The notes: generated by a model not told the origin, from the sequence alone. 64,000 nt of DNA from an uncultured Acidobacteriota bacterium (GCA_963783255.1 CAWAMP010000022.1:566761-630760), one strand, 5' to 3'; numbered from the stretch's first letter, positions 19,201 to 27,914 are shown. Made by a program: numbers and translations.

Positions 19201-19459
19201 CACCGTCGTCGTCGAGCCCGCCGACGGCAGCACGTACGTGGGCGCCATCATCTACGCCGATGCGGTACTGGTCGCGCTGGCGTCCGAATCGGGCGCGGAC
19301 CTGAACGTCACCGTGTCGCTGCCCGGCACCGCCGGCACAATCGTCCGACTGCCTGCCGGCCGCGCGACGCTGCTGCTGATGGACAGAAAGAGCGGGAAGG
19401 TCGTGGGGACGGACAGGGACTGGGACAGCGGGCCGCAGGCAGCTATCAGCGGACCGTGA
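16241..19459 (+). CDS. large secreted glycoside hydrolase (TIM-barrel, GH5-like) with amidotransferase-like flanking domains
   Basis: It has a signal peptide. The central region has GVNLIRTGIW, IPVIFTFF and DVINEPSF (the NEP acid/base motif of clan GH-A). The exact family is not assignable by eye. Confidence 0.6.
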   Translation: MNRSASATVTAACAALLGAVWLTSWSPSAQSDPGTPSRPRVAVFFESGFPAVDIDAIAEAALRTALAGLDAEFVTAGRLSSELTRSRYDVLVMPFGSAYPEEAWPAILRFLEGGGNFVNVGGRPFAVAVSRRGTAWHAQAESPACYKALGFTHVFQVPAAAVSVWTAAGATPAVPQSLATGFRADAVFEADIRLTNTKTFPDEDGSDGPREGRVQPLVVGTDAAGRPIAAPIIRIDRLAGRFSGGAWVLASLRGRVSPAAVRTLVEAASTGAIEITARPTLAGYHPGEVPEVEVTVRRPGARTDEPRLLEATLALTGPDGRRLGSQAATLAGTAALSTVRVPYSGLDRPLGRGLHDVRVTVVVRPPGVGMAATRLETRTGFWIYDASMLAGGAPLAASTDGFARGGRPFPVLGTTYMASDVHRRFLLEPNPFVWNRDFTEMKAAGVNLIRTGIWTGWKTYMPEVGRLDESALRALDVFLLTARQHDIPVIFTFFAFLPEAWGGENPFLDPRAVEAQQAFLGAIARRYASANDLIWDVINEPSFSSAAQLWRTRPNGDASENAAWDQWLRTRYGTGGEDYRAAALRAWGAAPDETIAPPSLDDFTDRNLFGTVRPRKAADYKRFSQDMFTAWVGRMTEALRSNGNHAQLITVGQDEGGLSERPNPLFFGRRVDFTCMHTWWNNDAQAWDAVLSALPDRPLLVEETGMMRYERVDGTPWRTEEEAARLLERKLAIAVGSGSSGYVQWIWNTNPYMASDNEAGIGFFRADGTARPELEPFIRQSRFLRTHADRLRGRTLEDVALLVPHSQMFSPRNLAVEATQRAVRVLANHLHVQARAVGEYGLADTLGSPRLIVAPSPRVLTDAAWQTLMAAVEQGSTLLVTGIIDADERWLTVERTKALGVRASSRPVAGQESAVVAGTTYRLGYRGDRLERLETAFVVDDSPAAVHKVVRGKGRILWMPLPVELSDSPDATVALYRAAVIEAGVRPTVVVEPADGSTYVGAIIYADAVLVALASESGADLNVTVSLPGTAGTIVRLPAGRATLLLMDRKSGKVVGTDRDWDSGPQAAISGP

Positions 19460-19508
19460 TCCGCTGCCGGCCATCCGCTGACAGCTAACAGCTGACCGCT
19501 GCCAGCCG
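19446..19508. repeat. weak 7-nt-period tract (NNNGCTG units) spanning two convergent stop codons
   Basis: Units read TCAGCGG ACCGTGA TCCGCTG CCGGCCA TCCGCTG ACAGCTA ACAGCTG ACCGCTG CCAGCCG. The hairpin CAGCGGA-CCGTGA-TCCGCTG (19447-19466) carries the hydrolase TGA in its loop. Confidence 0.4.
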
Positions 19509-20687
19509 TTCCCCGACCGCCCGTTCGATCCGCTCGAGCGCCTCCGTGAGCGTCGCGCGCGGGCACCCCAGGTTGATCCGCTCGAACCCGGCCGCCTCCT
19601 CGCCGAACCACGGCCCGCTGTCGAAGTAGACCCGCGCGGTCCTCAGGAAGAAGTCGTCCAGCGCCTTCTGCGGCATCCCAAGCCTGCGGCAGTCGATCAG
19701 CGCCAGATACGTGCCCTGCGGCCGGATGAGGCGAAGCGCCGGGATTCGCTCCCGGATGAATCGGTCGGTGAAGTCGACGTTCGCCGCGACGTACTCGAGG
19801 AGCTGGTCGAGCCACTCGTCGCCGCTCCGGTACGCCTCCTCCAGCGCGACCGTTCCGAACAGGTTGGCAATCTCGAGGCCTGCGGCGTCGAACTGCCTGT
19901 CGTAGCGCGCGAGCAGTTCGGGATTGCCGGCCACGATCAACGACATCGACAGGCCTGCCAGATTGAACGTCTTGCTCGGCGAGACGCACGTCACGGTGCG
20001 CTCGGCCAGTGCCGGCGACACCGCCGCCAGCGGCACGTGCGTGTGGCCGGGCAGCGTGAGGTCCATGTGGATCTCGTCCGACACGACGACGAGGTTCCGA
20101 CGGACGCACACCTCTCCCAGCGCCTCCAGTTCCTCACGCGTCCACACGCGCCCCACCGGGTTGTGCGGGCTGCACAAGATCAGCATGCGCGTCCGCTCGT
20201 CGATCTTCCGTTCGAGATCGGCGAGGTCCATCCGGTAGGTGTCGCCGTCGGCGGCGAGCGGGTTCCTGACCAGCCGGCGCCCGTTCTTCTCGACGGCGCG
20301 GAAGAACGGGTAGTACACCGGGGTCTGAACGACGATGCCGTCACCGGGCTCGGTGAAGGCGTTCACGCAGAGGCTGAGCGCAGGGACGACGCCCGGCGCG
20401 CGGTGGAGCCAGCGCCGGTCCACGGCCCACTTATGACGCCGCCGCAGCCAGGCGATGGCCGATTCCCAGAACGACTCGGGCACCGACACGTAGCCGTACG
20501 CGCCGTGAGCGGCCCGCCGCTCCACGGCCTCAACGACGGTCGGCGGCGCCGCGAAGTCCATGTCCGCCACCCACATCGGGATCACGTCGTCGAGGCCGTA
20601 CGCGTCCCTGCATCGATCCCACTTCAGCGAATGGGTGTGGCGGCGATCGAGCACAGTGTCGAAGTCGTGGCGCATCCCCGCGATCAT
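19485..20687 (-). CDS. MalY/PatB-type PLP-dependent C-S lyase (class I/II aminotransferase fold)
   Basis: A 400-aa protein whose N-terminus FDTVLDRRHTHSLKWD is typical of PatB/MalY. Its ATG overlaps the upstream stop (ATGA). Confidence 0.85.
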   Translation of the reverse strand: MIAGMRHDFDTVLDRRHTHSLKWDRCRDAYGLDDVIPMWVADMDFAAPPTVVEAVERRAAHGAYGYVSVPESFWESAIAWLRRRHKWAVDRRWLHRAPGVVPALSLCVNAFTEPGDGIVVQTPVYYPFFRAVEKNGRRLVRNPLAADGDTYRMDLADLERKIDERTRMLILCSPHNPVGRVWTREELEALGEVCVRRNLVVVSDEIHMDLTLPGHTHVPLAAVSPALAERTVTCVSPSKTFNLAGLSMSLIVAGNPELLARYDRQFDAAGLEIANLFGTVALEEAYRSGDEWLDQLLEYVAANVDFTDRFIRERIPALRLIRPQGTYLALIDCRRLGMPQKALDDFFLRTARVYFDSGPWFGEEAAGFERINLGCPRATLTEALERIERAVGERLAAVSC

Positions 20688-22183
20688 ACAGGGGACGCCG
20701 ACCCCTTCAATTCCTCGAGCCCTTGGCGGACGACCGACACGATGAGGCCGATTTCCTCGCGGGTGATGTCGAAGGCAGGCGTGAAGCGGAGGCCGGTGTC
20801 GCCGCCGTGGATCATCTCGATCCCGTGCGTCCGGAGGTACTGCTCGAACCCTCCTTCGCCGAGCACGCGGTAACGGGCCGGATTCAGCATCGCGCTCACC
20901 ATCAGGCCGGTCCCCTCAACCCGGTCGATCGCTCCCGGGAACTCGGCGGACAGCCGCGAGAGCGCGTCCAGGAAGTCCCGGCCGCGGTCGCGGATGTTCT
21001 GCCGGAGCGGCTCGGTGATCGCGTCCATGACCGCGCAGGCGGTTTCCATCGCGCGTGGATTGCCGGTCATCGTGTTGCCGTAGAGGCCCGTGGCGTATTC
21101 GGCGGCCGCCTCGTCGGTCAGCGCGACGATCGACAGCGGGAACTGGCCGGCATTGAGCGCCTTCGAGTAGGTTTCCATGTCCGGAGGCGCGCACGACTCG
21201 AAGCCCGGATAGTCGACGATCGAGAGGCACCCGGCGGCGCGCAGCGCGGCCTGGATGGAGTCGACGACGAGGAACGAACCCATGGCGGCGGTCGCGGCCC
21301 GCAGCGCGTCGTAGTAGTCGCGGGTCATCGCGAGGCCGGGCACCCCCTCCCCCATCACCGGCTCGACGAACGCCGCCTCGATGTAGATGCCGTCCCGTTC
21401 GGCGTCAGCGAACGCACGAGCGATCGCCGCGACGTCGTTGATGGGCACGAAGACGATGTCGTCGGTCCGGCGGAACGAGGCGAGGCGCGCGACGTACGCC
21501 GGCCGGCACGAGTCCGACATTCGCGCGGGCCCTTCGGTCCGGCCGTGGAAGCCGTCGGTCACGGCCAACCGCACGATGCGCTTGCCTTCGTGACGGCTCC
21601 CGGGGTTGGTCATCGCGCGCGCACGGGCGTCCGTCACGCGGCACGTGAAGGTGACCGCCTCGGAGCCGCTGTTCAGAAAGACGAACTTCCCGAACGGACA
21701 GCCGCCGCGCGTCCGCCCAATCTCGCTCCCGAGCCGTTCGGTCAGCCGGCGCTGGCTGAAGGACGGGGTCATCACGTTGGCCATCGCCAGCGGCCGGCCC
21801 ATCGCCGTCAGGACCGACTCGGGACCGTGTCCCAGTCCCAGCATCCCGTAGCCGCCGGAATCGTGCACGACGGCACCGTGAGTGGTCACAATCCACGGCC
21901 CGCACGCGGCGAGCGGCACGTAAGGATTGATGCCGGAGGCGGGGTAGAAGTTCAGGATCTGATCCTGGAGCCACCGGCAGAGGTCCGTCTCGCTCATTCG
22001 AACGTAGCCGTCGAACGCCGGTTCCAGGGCCGCCCGGGACTCGACCGCCAGTTCGATCGCCCGCAACAGCCTCGGGTCGCGTCCGGCCCAGTCCTCCACG
22101 AGGTCGTCGGTCAGGCCGCGCGTCCACGCCGGACCGGCTGCCGCGCGAAGAGTGTGCAGATTCTCGAGAGGCGACGAAGTCAT
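20684..22183 (-). CDS. class III (acetylornithine/GABA-type) aminotransferase
   Basis: It contains LNSGSEAVTF, GFHGRT and a DSIQAALRAAG region of class III aminotransferases. The start is taken at ATG 22183; TTG 22219 is also possible. Confidence 0.8.
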   Translation of the reverse strand: MTSSPLENLHTLRAAAGPAWTRGLTDDLVEDWAGRDPRLLRAIELAVESRAALEPAFDGYVRMSETDLCRWLQDQILNFYPASGINPYVPLAACGPWIVTTHGAVVHDSGGYGMLGLGHGPESVLTAMGRPLAMANVMTPSFSQRRLTERLGSEIGRTRGGCPFGKFVFLNSGSEAVTFTCRVTDARARAMTNPGSRHEGKRIVRLAVTDGFHGRTEGPARMSDSCRPAYVARLASFRRTDDIVFVPINDVAAIARAFADAERDGIYIEAAFVEPVMGEGVPGLAMTRDYYDALRAATAAMGSFLVVDSIQAALRAAGCLSIVDYPGFESCAPPDMETYSKALNAGQFPLSIVALTDEAAAEYATGLYGNTMTGNPRAMETACAVMDAITEPLRQNIRDRGRDFLDALSRLSAEFPGAIDRVEGTGLMVSAMLNPARYRVLGEGGFEQYLRTHGIEMIHGGDTGLRFTPAFDITREEIGLIVSVVRQGLEELKGSASPV

Positions 22184-22202
22184 GGGAAGCGACGCCTGCC
22201 TT

Positions 22203-23834
22203 CTACCTGTTACTCGCAATGAGCGACGCGTCGTAGCCCTCCGGCTTCTCGAAGCCGAGCAGCGCGAGCAGCGTCGCCGCGACGTTGCTCAATCCGGGCG
22301 ACGGCACACCGGCGAGCGACAAGCGGTTGGCGACCGAGAAGTCTTTCACGATGAACGGCACGGGATTGAGCGTGTGCGCGACCATCGCCTCGCGCTTGCC
22401 CTTCTTCTCGGTGAACATGCAGTCGGCGTTGCCGTGGTCGGCCGTGACCACCAGGACGCCGCCCGCGGCGCGAATGACCGGCAGGAGGCGCTGGAGGCCG
22501 AGGTCGACCGACTCGACCGCGACCCGGACCGCCGGGATGATGCCGGTGTGGCCCACCATGTCGCCGTTGGGGTAGTTCAGCCTGACGAACCGGTATCGCC
22601 CGGACTGGATCGCCTCGATCACGGCGTCGGTGATCTCTGCCGACTTCATCCACGGCCGCTCGTCGAACCTCACCTTGTCGGAGGGGATCTCGACGTAGCG
22701 CTCCAGGCCCTCGTCGATGTAGCCGGAGTTGTTCCCGTTCCAGAAGTACGTGACGTGCCCGAACTTCTGCGTCTCCGAGATCGCGAACGACGTGACGCCC
22801 GCCGCGCAGAGATACTGCGACACGGTGCGGTCGATGGCGGGTGGCTCGACGAGGAACTGCTTCGGAATCTGCGCGTCGCCGTCGTACTGCATCATCCCGG
22901 CGTAGAAGACGTCGGGCACGCGCACGCGATCGAACTCGCTGAAGTCCTCCTCCTCGAATGCGCGCGAGATCTCGATCGCGCGGTCCCCGCGGAAGTTGAA
23001 GAAGACCACCGCGTCGCCGTCCTGGATCGTCCCGACCGGTTCGCCGCCCGACTCGATGACGAAGCTCTCGAGGTACTGATCGGTGCTCGCCGGATCCTCG
23101 CGATAGAAGGTCTCCACCGCCTGGCGGGCCGACGCGAAATGGCGCCCGACGCCGAGTACGTGCGCCTTCCAGCCGCGCTCGACGACCGACCAGTTGGCGT
23201 TGTAGCGGTCCATCGTCGTCACCATGCGACCGCCGCCCGACGCGATCCGAAAGTCCCGCCCGCCCGCGGCGTTCAACTGCGCGAGTCGGCCTTCGAGCGC
23301 GTCCAGATACGTGAGCGCGCTTCGCTCGCCCACGTCGCGGCCGTCGAGCAGCGGATGCACCCGCACACGGGCCATGCCCTCTTCCGCGCATCGGTCGAGC
23401 AAGGCGAACAGGTGGTCAATGTGGCTGTGCACGTTGCCGTCGGAGAGCAGCCCGATGAAGTGGATCGTGCCGCCGGCCCTGCCACGGGCCATCGCCGACT
23501 GCCAGGCGGCGCTCATGACAATCGAACCCGAGGCAACCGCGTCGTTCACCAGCTGCGCGCCCTGGGCGAACACCCGGCCGGCGCCGAGCGCGTTGTGCCC
23601 CACCTCGGAGTTGCCCATGTCCTCGTCCGACGGCAGGCCCACCGCCCTCCCATGGGCCCTGAGCGACACGGAGAGCGGTTCGGCGAGCAGCGCGTCGAGG
23701 ACCGGCGTGTTCGCCAGGAAGACACCGTCCGATTCGTCCCGCTTGCCCAGGCCGACGCCGTCCATGATGACCAGAACGATGGGACCCGGAAACGGGTGAA
23801 AGCCGGGAAGCGGATCGAGATGAAGCTTCGTCAC
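22203..23834 (-). CDS. gpmI: 2,3-bisphosphoglycerate-independent phosphoglycerate mutase
   Basis: It contains VLVIMDGVGLG, NSEVGHNALGAG, GLLSDGNVHSH and VTADHGNAD. The GTG at 23834 has AAGGAG 10 nt upstream; GTG 23864 is the alternative. Confidence 0.9.
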   Translation of the reverse strand: MTKLHLDPLPGFHPFPGPIVLVIMDGVGLGKRDESDGVFLANTPVLDALLAEPLSVSLRAHGRAVGLPSDEDMGNSEVGHNALGAGRVFAQGAQLVNDAVASGSIVMSAAWQSAMARGRAGGTIHFIGLLSDGNVHSHIDHLFALLDRCAEEGMARVRVHPLLDGRDVGERSALTYLDALEGRLAQLNAAGGRDFRIASGGGRMVTTMDRYNANWSVVERGWKAHVLGVGRHFASARQAVETFYREDPASTDQYLESFVIESGGEPVGTIQDGDAVVFFNFRGDRAIEISRAFEEEDFSEFDRVRVPDVFYAGMMQYDGDAQIPKQFLVEPPAIDRTVSQYLCAAGVTSFAISETQKFGHVTYFWNGNNSGYIDEGLERYVEIPSDKVRFDERPWMKSAEITDAVIEAIQSGRYRFVRLNYPNGDMVGHTGIIPAVRVAVESVDLGLQRLLPVIRAAGGVLVVTADHGNADCMFTEKKGKREAMVAHTLNPVPFIVKDFSVANRLSLAGVPSPGLSNVAATLLALLGFEKPEGYDASLIASNR

Positions 23835-23903
23835 GAGGCACCGACTCCTTGCTGGCGGGAACACGGCACGGTGCCCGCCCTGACAGTTAACGTATCGCTC
23901 GGA

Positions 23904-24773
23904 CTACTGATTCGTCACGTCAGCGGCCAGCTTCCAGCCGTCGGCCAGTCGCTTCCAGACGTGGAGGTAATAGCCGCGCCTGGGATCTCCCCGCTCGGCC
24001 GCCTCGGTGTAGGCGCCGTAGGTGAAGCCCAGGTCGCCCGCCTGTGAGGCCTCTGCGTGTGAAGGTTGCAGCGTCAGGCGCAGCGGCGCGGACGGCGTGG
24101 CGGACAGGACCGCCACCCGGCCTTCGAGTGGCCTGCTGCCCTGTCGATAGACCAGCACGTCCTTCGTCGACCACTCCCCGTAGGTCGCCTGGAGCCCCCG
24201 CTCGACGGCCAGCGCGGCGAACGCCGCGTCGGCGGCACGGAGTTCATCCGCGGATACCTTCGGCCCCGGCTTCCCCTTCGGTTGAGCGGCCCGAACGTCC
24301 GCCCGCTTGAACGCGCGGGGCCGCAGCGGGCCGGAGGCGGGGCCCTCAATCCCGAAATCGGCCGCGACCTTCCACTGGACATCACCCCGCCACCGCCACA
24401 CCGAGAAGAACCATCCGGTTCGAGGCGCCCCGTCGGACGCCCTCGGCGTCGACACATAGGGGCCGGTCGTGTAGCCGAGGTCCCCCGACGCCGCCACGTC
24501 GCCGGTCGTCGGCTCCCAGTCGAGCGTACGGACCGGCGGACCGGCCGGAGCCGGCTGCTTCCGCAGGGCGTCCTTCGTGTTCTCCGGCCCCGGGCTGAAC
24601 CATACGCCATCGTCGGCGAAGTTCGCCAGGAACGCTTCGCGCTGCGACGTCCCCACGCTCATCCGGGCGAACTCCCGTTCGGCCTTCACCAGCGAGTCCA
24701 TCGAGCCGGAGCCTGCCTGCGCCCCCACCGCCACCGCTGCAAGCGCCCCCGCCATCCACAGCCTTCTTGCCAT
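23904..24773 (-). CDS. secreted protein with two NTF2/SnoaL-like (DUF4440-type) halves
   Basis: It has a signal peptide and an internal duplication (..GDLGYTTGPY..WFFSVWRWRGD.WKVAADF and ..GDLGFTYGAY..YYLHVWKRLADGWKLAADV). Confidence 0.5.
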   Translation of the reverse strand: MARRLWMAGALAAVAVGAQAGSGSMDSLVKAEREFARMSVGTSQREAFLANFADDGVWFSPGPENTKDALRKQPAPAGPPVRTLDWEPTTGDVAASGDLGYTTGPYVSTPRASDGAPRTGWFFSVWRWRGDVQWKVAADFGIEGPASGPLRPRAFKRADVRAAQPKGKPGPKVSADELRAADAAFAALAVERGLQATYGEWSTKDVLVYRQGSRPLEGRVAVLSATPSAPLRLTLQPSHAEASQAGDLGFTYGAYTEAAERGDPRRGYYLHVWKRLADGWKLAADVTNQ

Positions 24774-24854
24774 GCCCTCTCTCCTCCGCTCACCAGTATG
24801 CGCCGGGCAGCAGGCCGGTGACTCCCTTCACCCCGCCGTCCGACCTCGTGAATA

Positions 24855-25382
24855 ATGGACGGCATGCCGAGGCTGATTGTCGGGCCCGCCGGGCGGACGA
24901 TGGCCAGAATCGTCCTCATCGCCATCATCGCAGTGGCGGTGGCGTACCTCGCGTTCCTGCGCCCGATGCAGATGCAGTGGGGAGCGACCGCCCTCGAGAG
25001 GGCCCGTCCCATGCCTGGCGACCGCGTAATCGGCAGCGCCACCTTCGTGGCCACCCGCGCCGTCACGGTCGAGGCGGCGCGCGACCAGGTCTGGCCCTTG
25101 ATCGAACAGATGGCCCGGCGCCAGCGCTACTTCGTCAAGGGGTTCGAGGCCAACCGATACATGTTGTGGCTGTCGCGTTCGGCGCCCCGGCTGTCGTGGT
25201 GCTGGGAGCTCGAACCGACCGGAACCCGCCAGACCCGTCTGGTCACGCGGGTTCGTTTTCGCCACCCGTGGCTGTCGACCGGGATCTTCCGCGCGCTCGC
25301 CGCCGACGTCCGCAACGGATTCACCGTGCGAGACGCCATGCTCGAGGTGAAGGCGCAGGCGGAGGCGGCGACCCGGAAGTGA
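24855..25382 (+). CDS. SRPBCC-like (polyketide cyclase/START fold) protein, membrane anchored
   Basis: A 175-aa ORF with a TM helix followed by RDQVWPLIEQM and a beta-rich body. The start is uncertain (24855 or 24900). Confidence 0.45.
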   Translation: MDGMPRLIVGPAGRTMARIVLIAIIAVAVAYLAFLRPMQMQWGATALERARPMPGDRVIGSATFVATRAVTVEAARDQVWPLIEQMARRQRYFVKGFEANRYMLWLSRSAPRLSWCWELEPTGTRQTRLVTRVRFRHPWLSTGIFRALAADVRNGFTVRDAMLEVKAQAEAATRK

Positions 25383-25385
25383 CCG

Positions 25386-25411
25386 ACGGGCCCGCGCGGA
25401 CGCGGGCCCGT
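25386..25411. terminator. bidirectional GC hairpin between convergent genes
   Basis: ACGGGCCCGCG-CGGA-CGCGGGCCCGT forms a perfect 11-bp stem. It lies 3 nt after the TGA at 25380-25382 and 12 nt before the stop at 25424. Confidence 0.7.
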
Positions 25412-25423
25412 TCGTGGCGGAGG

Positions 25424-26263
25424 CTACTTCACCTTTGTGGCCGACCACGCCGTGCTGGTCGAACCGGTGGTCGCCTTCCCTTGAATCGTCGAGCCATTCA
25501 CCGTGCCGGTGTACTTCGTGCCGCCCACCGTAAAGGTGATCTGGTCACCGCGAAGCCTGCCGTCCGAAATCGGAGCGCTCCTGTCGCCGCTGCGGGCCGT
25601 GCCCGCCAGCATCTGAAACGTCTGAGTCAGCGTCAGCTCGCCGTTGGGGAACGTCCAGGTTCCGCCCGCCTTGGCCGGGACGATCCAGAAGAGCGCCGTG
25701 CACCATGACGTGCAGTCCTCGCCAATCGTCGCAATCTCGTCCGCGTTCCAGTCGTCCATCGTGAACGTGTTCGAGACGACGCGTGTGCCCGGCTTCAGGT
25801 CGAGGATGTTCGGACGGAGGCGCAGGTTGATGTCGGGGAGCAGGAACATGGTGATGACGGTCGCCTTCGAGAGGTCGGTCTCGAACAGGTCGGCCTTGAT
25901 GAACTCCGCGCGAGCGCTCACGCCTTCCTTCTCGGCGTTCTGCTTCGAAAGCTCCACCATGTCGGGGTTGTACTCGATGCCCTGGGCGCGCGCCCCGCGC
26001 TTGGCCGCGGTGATGACCGTCCGGCCGTCGCCCGAACCGAGGTCCATGACGAAGTCCTGCGGTGTCACACCCGCCATGTCCAGCATCTTGTCGACGAGGG
26101 CTTGCGGCGTCGGCACCCACACGACGTCCTTGCCCCCCTGCCCGACCTGCGGCTGAAACGGCTGGGGCTTCTGTGTCTGAGTGGCCTGGGCGAACGCCGG
26201 CACGGCGGCCAGCAGCAGGCAGAGGGCCAGGAGCGTCTGGCGCATACGAAGCGAACGGTGCAT
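25424..26263 (-). CDS. class I SAM-dependent methyltransferase carrying a signal peptide and a C-terminal beta-rich domain
   Basis: The signal-like N-terminus is MRQTLLALCLLLAAVPAFAQA. SAM motif I is VMDLGSGDGR. The start is ATG 26263 or 26245. Confidence 0.75.
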   Translation of the reverse strand: MHRSLRMRQTLLALCLLLAAVPAFAQATQTQKPQPFQPQVGQGGKDVVWVPTPQALVDKMLDMAGVTPQDFVMDLGSGDGRTVITAAKRGARAQGIEYNPDMVELSKQNAEKEGVSARAEFIKADLFETDLSKATVITMFLLPDINLRLRPNILDLKPGTRVVSNTFTMDDWNADEIATIGEDCTSWCTALFWIVPAKAGGTWTFPNGELTLTQTFQMLAGTARSGDRSAPISDGRLRGDQITFTVGGTKYTGTVNGSTIQGKATTGSTSTAWSATKVK

Positions 26264-26854
26264 GTGTCTTCTCCTCACGCGGATGGTTCGATTCTCTCCA
26301 TGGCTGACAACCGGCCGATTATACAGCCGGTCGGCCTCCTTCAGGGCGACTTCCCGGAGGCGCAGCCACTCCTCGGGTAGGTCCGGGGTCATCCGGCCGG
26401 GCGCGGGCAGTGATGCCACACGTATCGGTCGCGGACGCAGCCGCCCTTCGAGTGTCCCGGAGCCTTCGGTGGGCACGTACCGTTGGCGATCCGCCGGCGA
26501 TTGACAGCCCCGCGGGACCGGATGTAGGGTGCGCTCCGTTCCGGCGTTCGGCGGTCGGTCGGGTCGCTGGCACTCCCGCCCGGATTCCCCGGGGGGATGT
26601 CGCACGGAGAACCTGGCGGTTCACCTCGTGCTGCTCGGGGGGGTCGCGCTGGCGGCGATTCTCGTTACCGGCGGCGGCCTCATGGGCAGCATGACGACCC
26701 TGAGCGATCGCGAGACGCGCATGATGGCCGCGCTCTACTCGCTGCCGCACGGGGCGGCGGTGGAGGCCGACGGAGCCTGGCGAATTCTGCCGTAGCGCAC
26801 GGCCGACGGCGGACGTGTGTCTTCATCCCGTGCGGACGAGCCGGGCGGCCGGGG

Positions 26855-27581
26855 CTACCGGACGCCAATCGTGCCGACGAGCACGTGCCGACCGGAGCTG
26901 AGCCACGTGTAGTCGACCCCGACGTACAGGGGCGGGCGGACATGCCAGCGGGCGCCGGCGCCGACGCCCAGGACGGTGCGCCAGCGGTCCTCGCAGCGGT
27001 TCTGGTACGCCGTCAGGTCGCAGACGTTCTCGAAATCGCCCTCACAGATGGTGCCCGTCGCACCGTAGTAGCAGGATGGGTTGGATCGCTCGAGCAGGAA
27101 CGTCCTGTACCTCTTCGACAATCGACGGGCCGGCGTGGATGTCCACGAAGAACCGCGGCGTCTTGACGACGTCGAAGGCGATTGCAGGCGTCACCGCAAA
27201 CCAGTGTCCCTCCCGCTTCACTCGGCTGCCCAACTCCGGATCGATGTATTCCGACGACCCGAGGGGCGCGTAGTCGAACACGAACTGCAGGTTCAGCCGA
27301 CCGTCGAGATGGCTCGTGAAGTACCAACCGAACCGCGCGCCAAAGACCGGTTGGGTCGTCGATGTGTCACCATCGGACCCGTCGACTACGAGCGGGGGCT
27401 GCGGCCACAGCGCTCCAAATCGGCCCTCGAACATCAGTGGCGGAGCCTGCGCGGCCGAGGGTGGTGCCTGGGCCGGCGCCGCGGCCGTCGGCTTCACGGT
27501 CCCCTGTGCCGACACCGTGTCTGCCAGGCACGCTCCGAGAAGTAGCAACGCCGCTGCCGCTGCCGTCGTCCTTCGGTGCAT
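26855..27581 (-). pseudogene. putative outer-membrane beta-barrel protein, split by a +1 frame error
   Basis: The N-terminal part lies in ORF 27042..27599 (signal peptide, alternating beta pattern). The C-terminal part lies in ORF 26855..27121. The frames meet at about 27098-27115, and 726 nt after removing one base gives an intact frame. Confidence 0.5.
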
Positions 27582-27761
27582 GGCGCCTCCTTGCGGCACC
27601 CATGCCGCTGCCCGCTCCTACCGTCCGGATGCGAAAAGGGGTCGCAGACCGGCTCACGCCGGGAACAACAGCCTGGCACAGGGAGCGACTGGTGCGATCG
27701 ACGTGCGGCCGGCGGCGGGAGACGTGCGTCCTGGCTGCTGAATTCTGGATTCTTCCTGGCA

Positions 27762-27847
27762 TGCCGGGGGTGGGGATCGAACCCACACGACCCTTGCGAG
27801 TCCCAGGATTTTAAGTCCTGTGCGTCTGCCAGTTCCGCCACCCCGGC
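27762..27847 (-). tRNA. tRNA-Leu (anticodon UAA)
   Basis: Cloverleaf read by eye. The acceptor is GCCGGGG/CCCCGGC. The anticodon stem is CAGGA/TCCTG with loop CTTAAAA. It has a long variable arm and T-loop GGTTCGATCC. Length is 86 nt, and CCA is not encoded. Confidence 0.9.
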
Positions 27848-27914
27848 TCAAGGTGGGTTGCCGGGATCATAGCACCGCTCGCCGAAGACCGACGGGCGGA
27901 GGCGGCAGATCGCG

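Noticed and set aside
26529-26795. The 88-aa ORF as a confident small membrane protein gene.
   Set aside because: The N-terminal half is Arg/Ser/Gly/Pro-rich and non-coding-like. A shorter version lacks a convincing start codon and Shine-Dalgarno sequence. I kept it only as a remark inside the unassigned-region finding.
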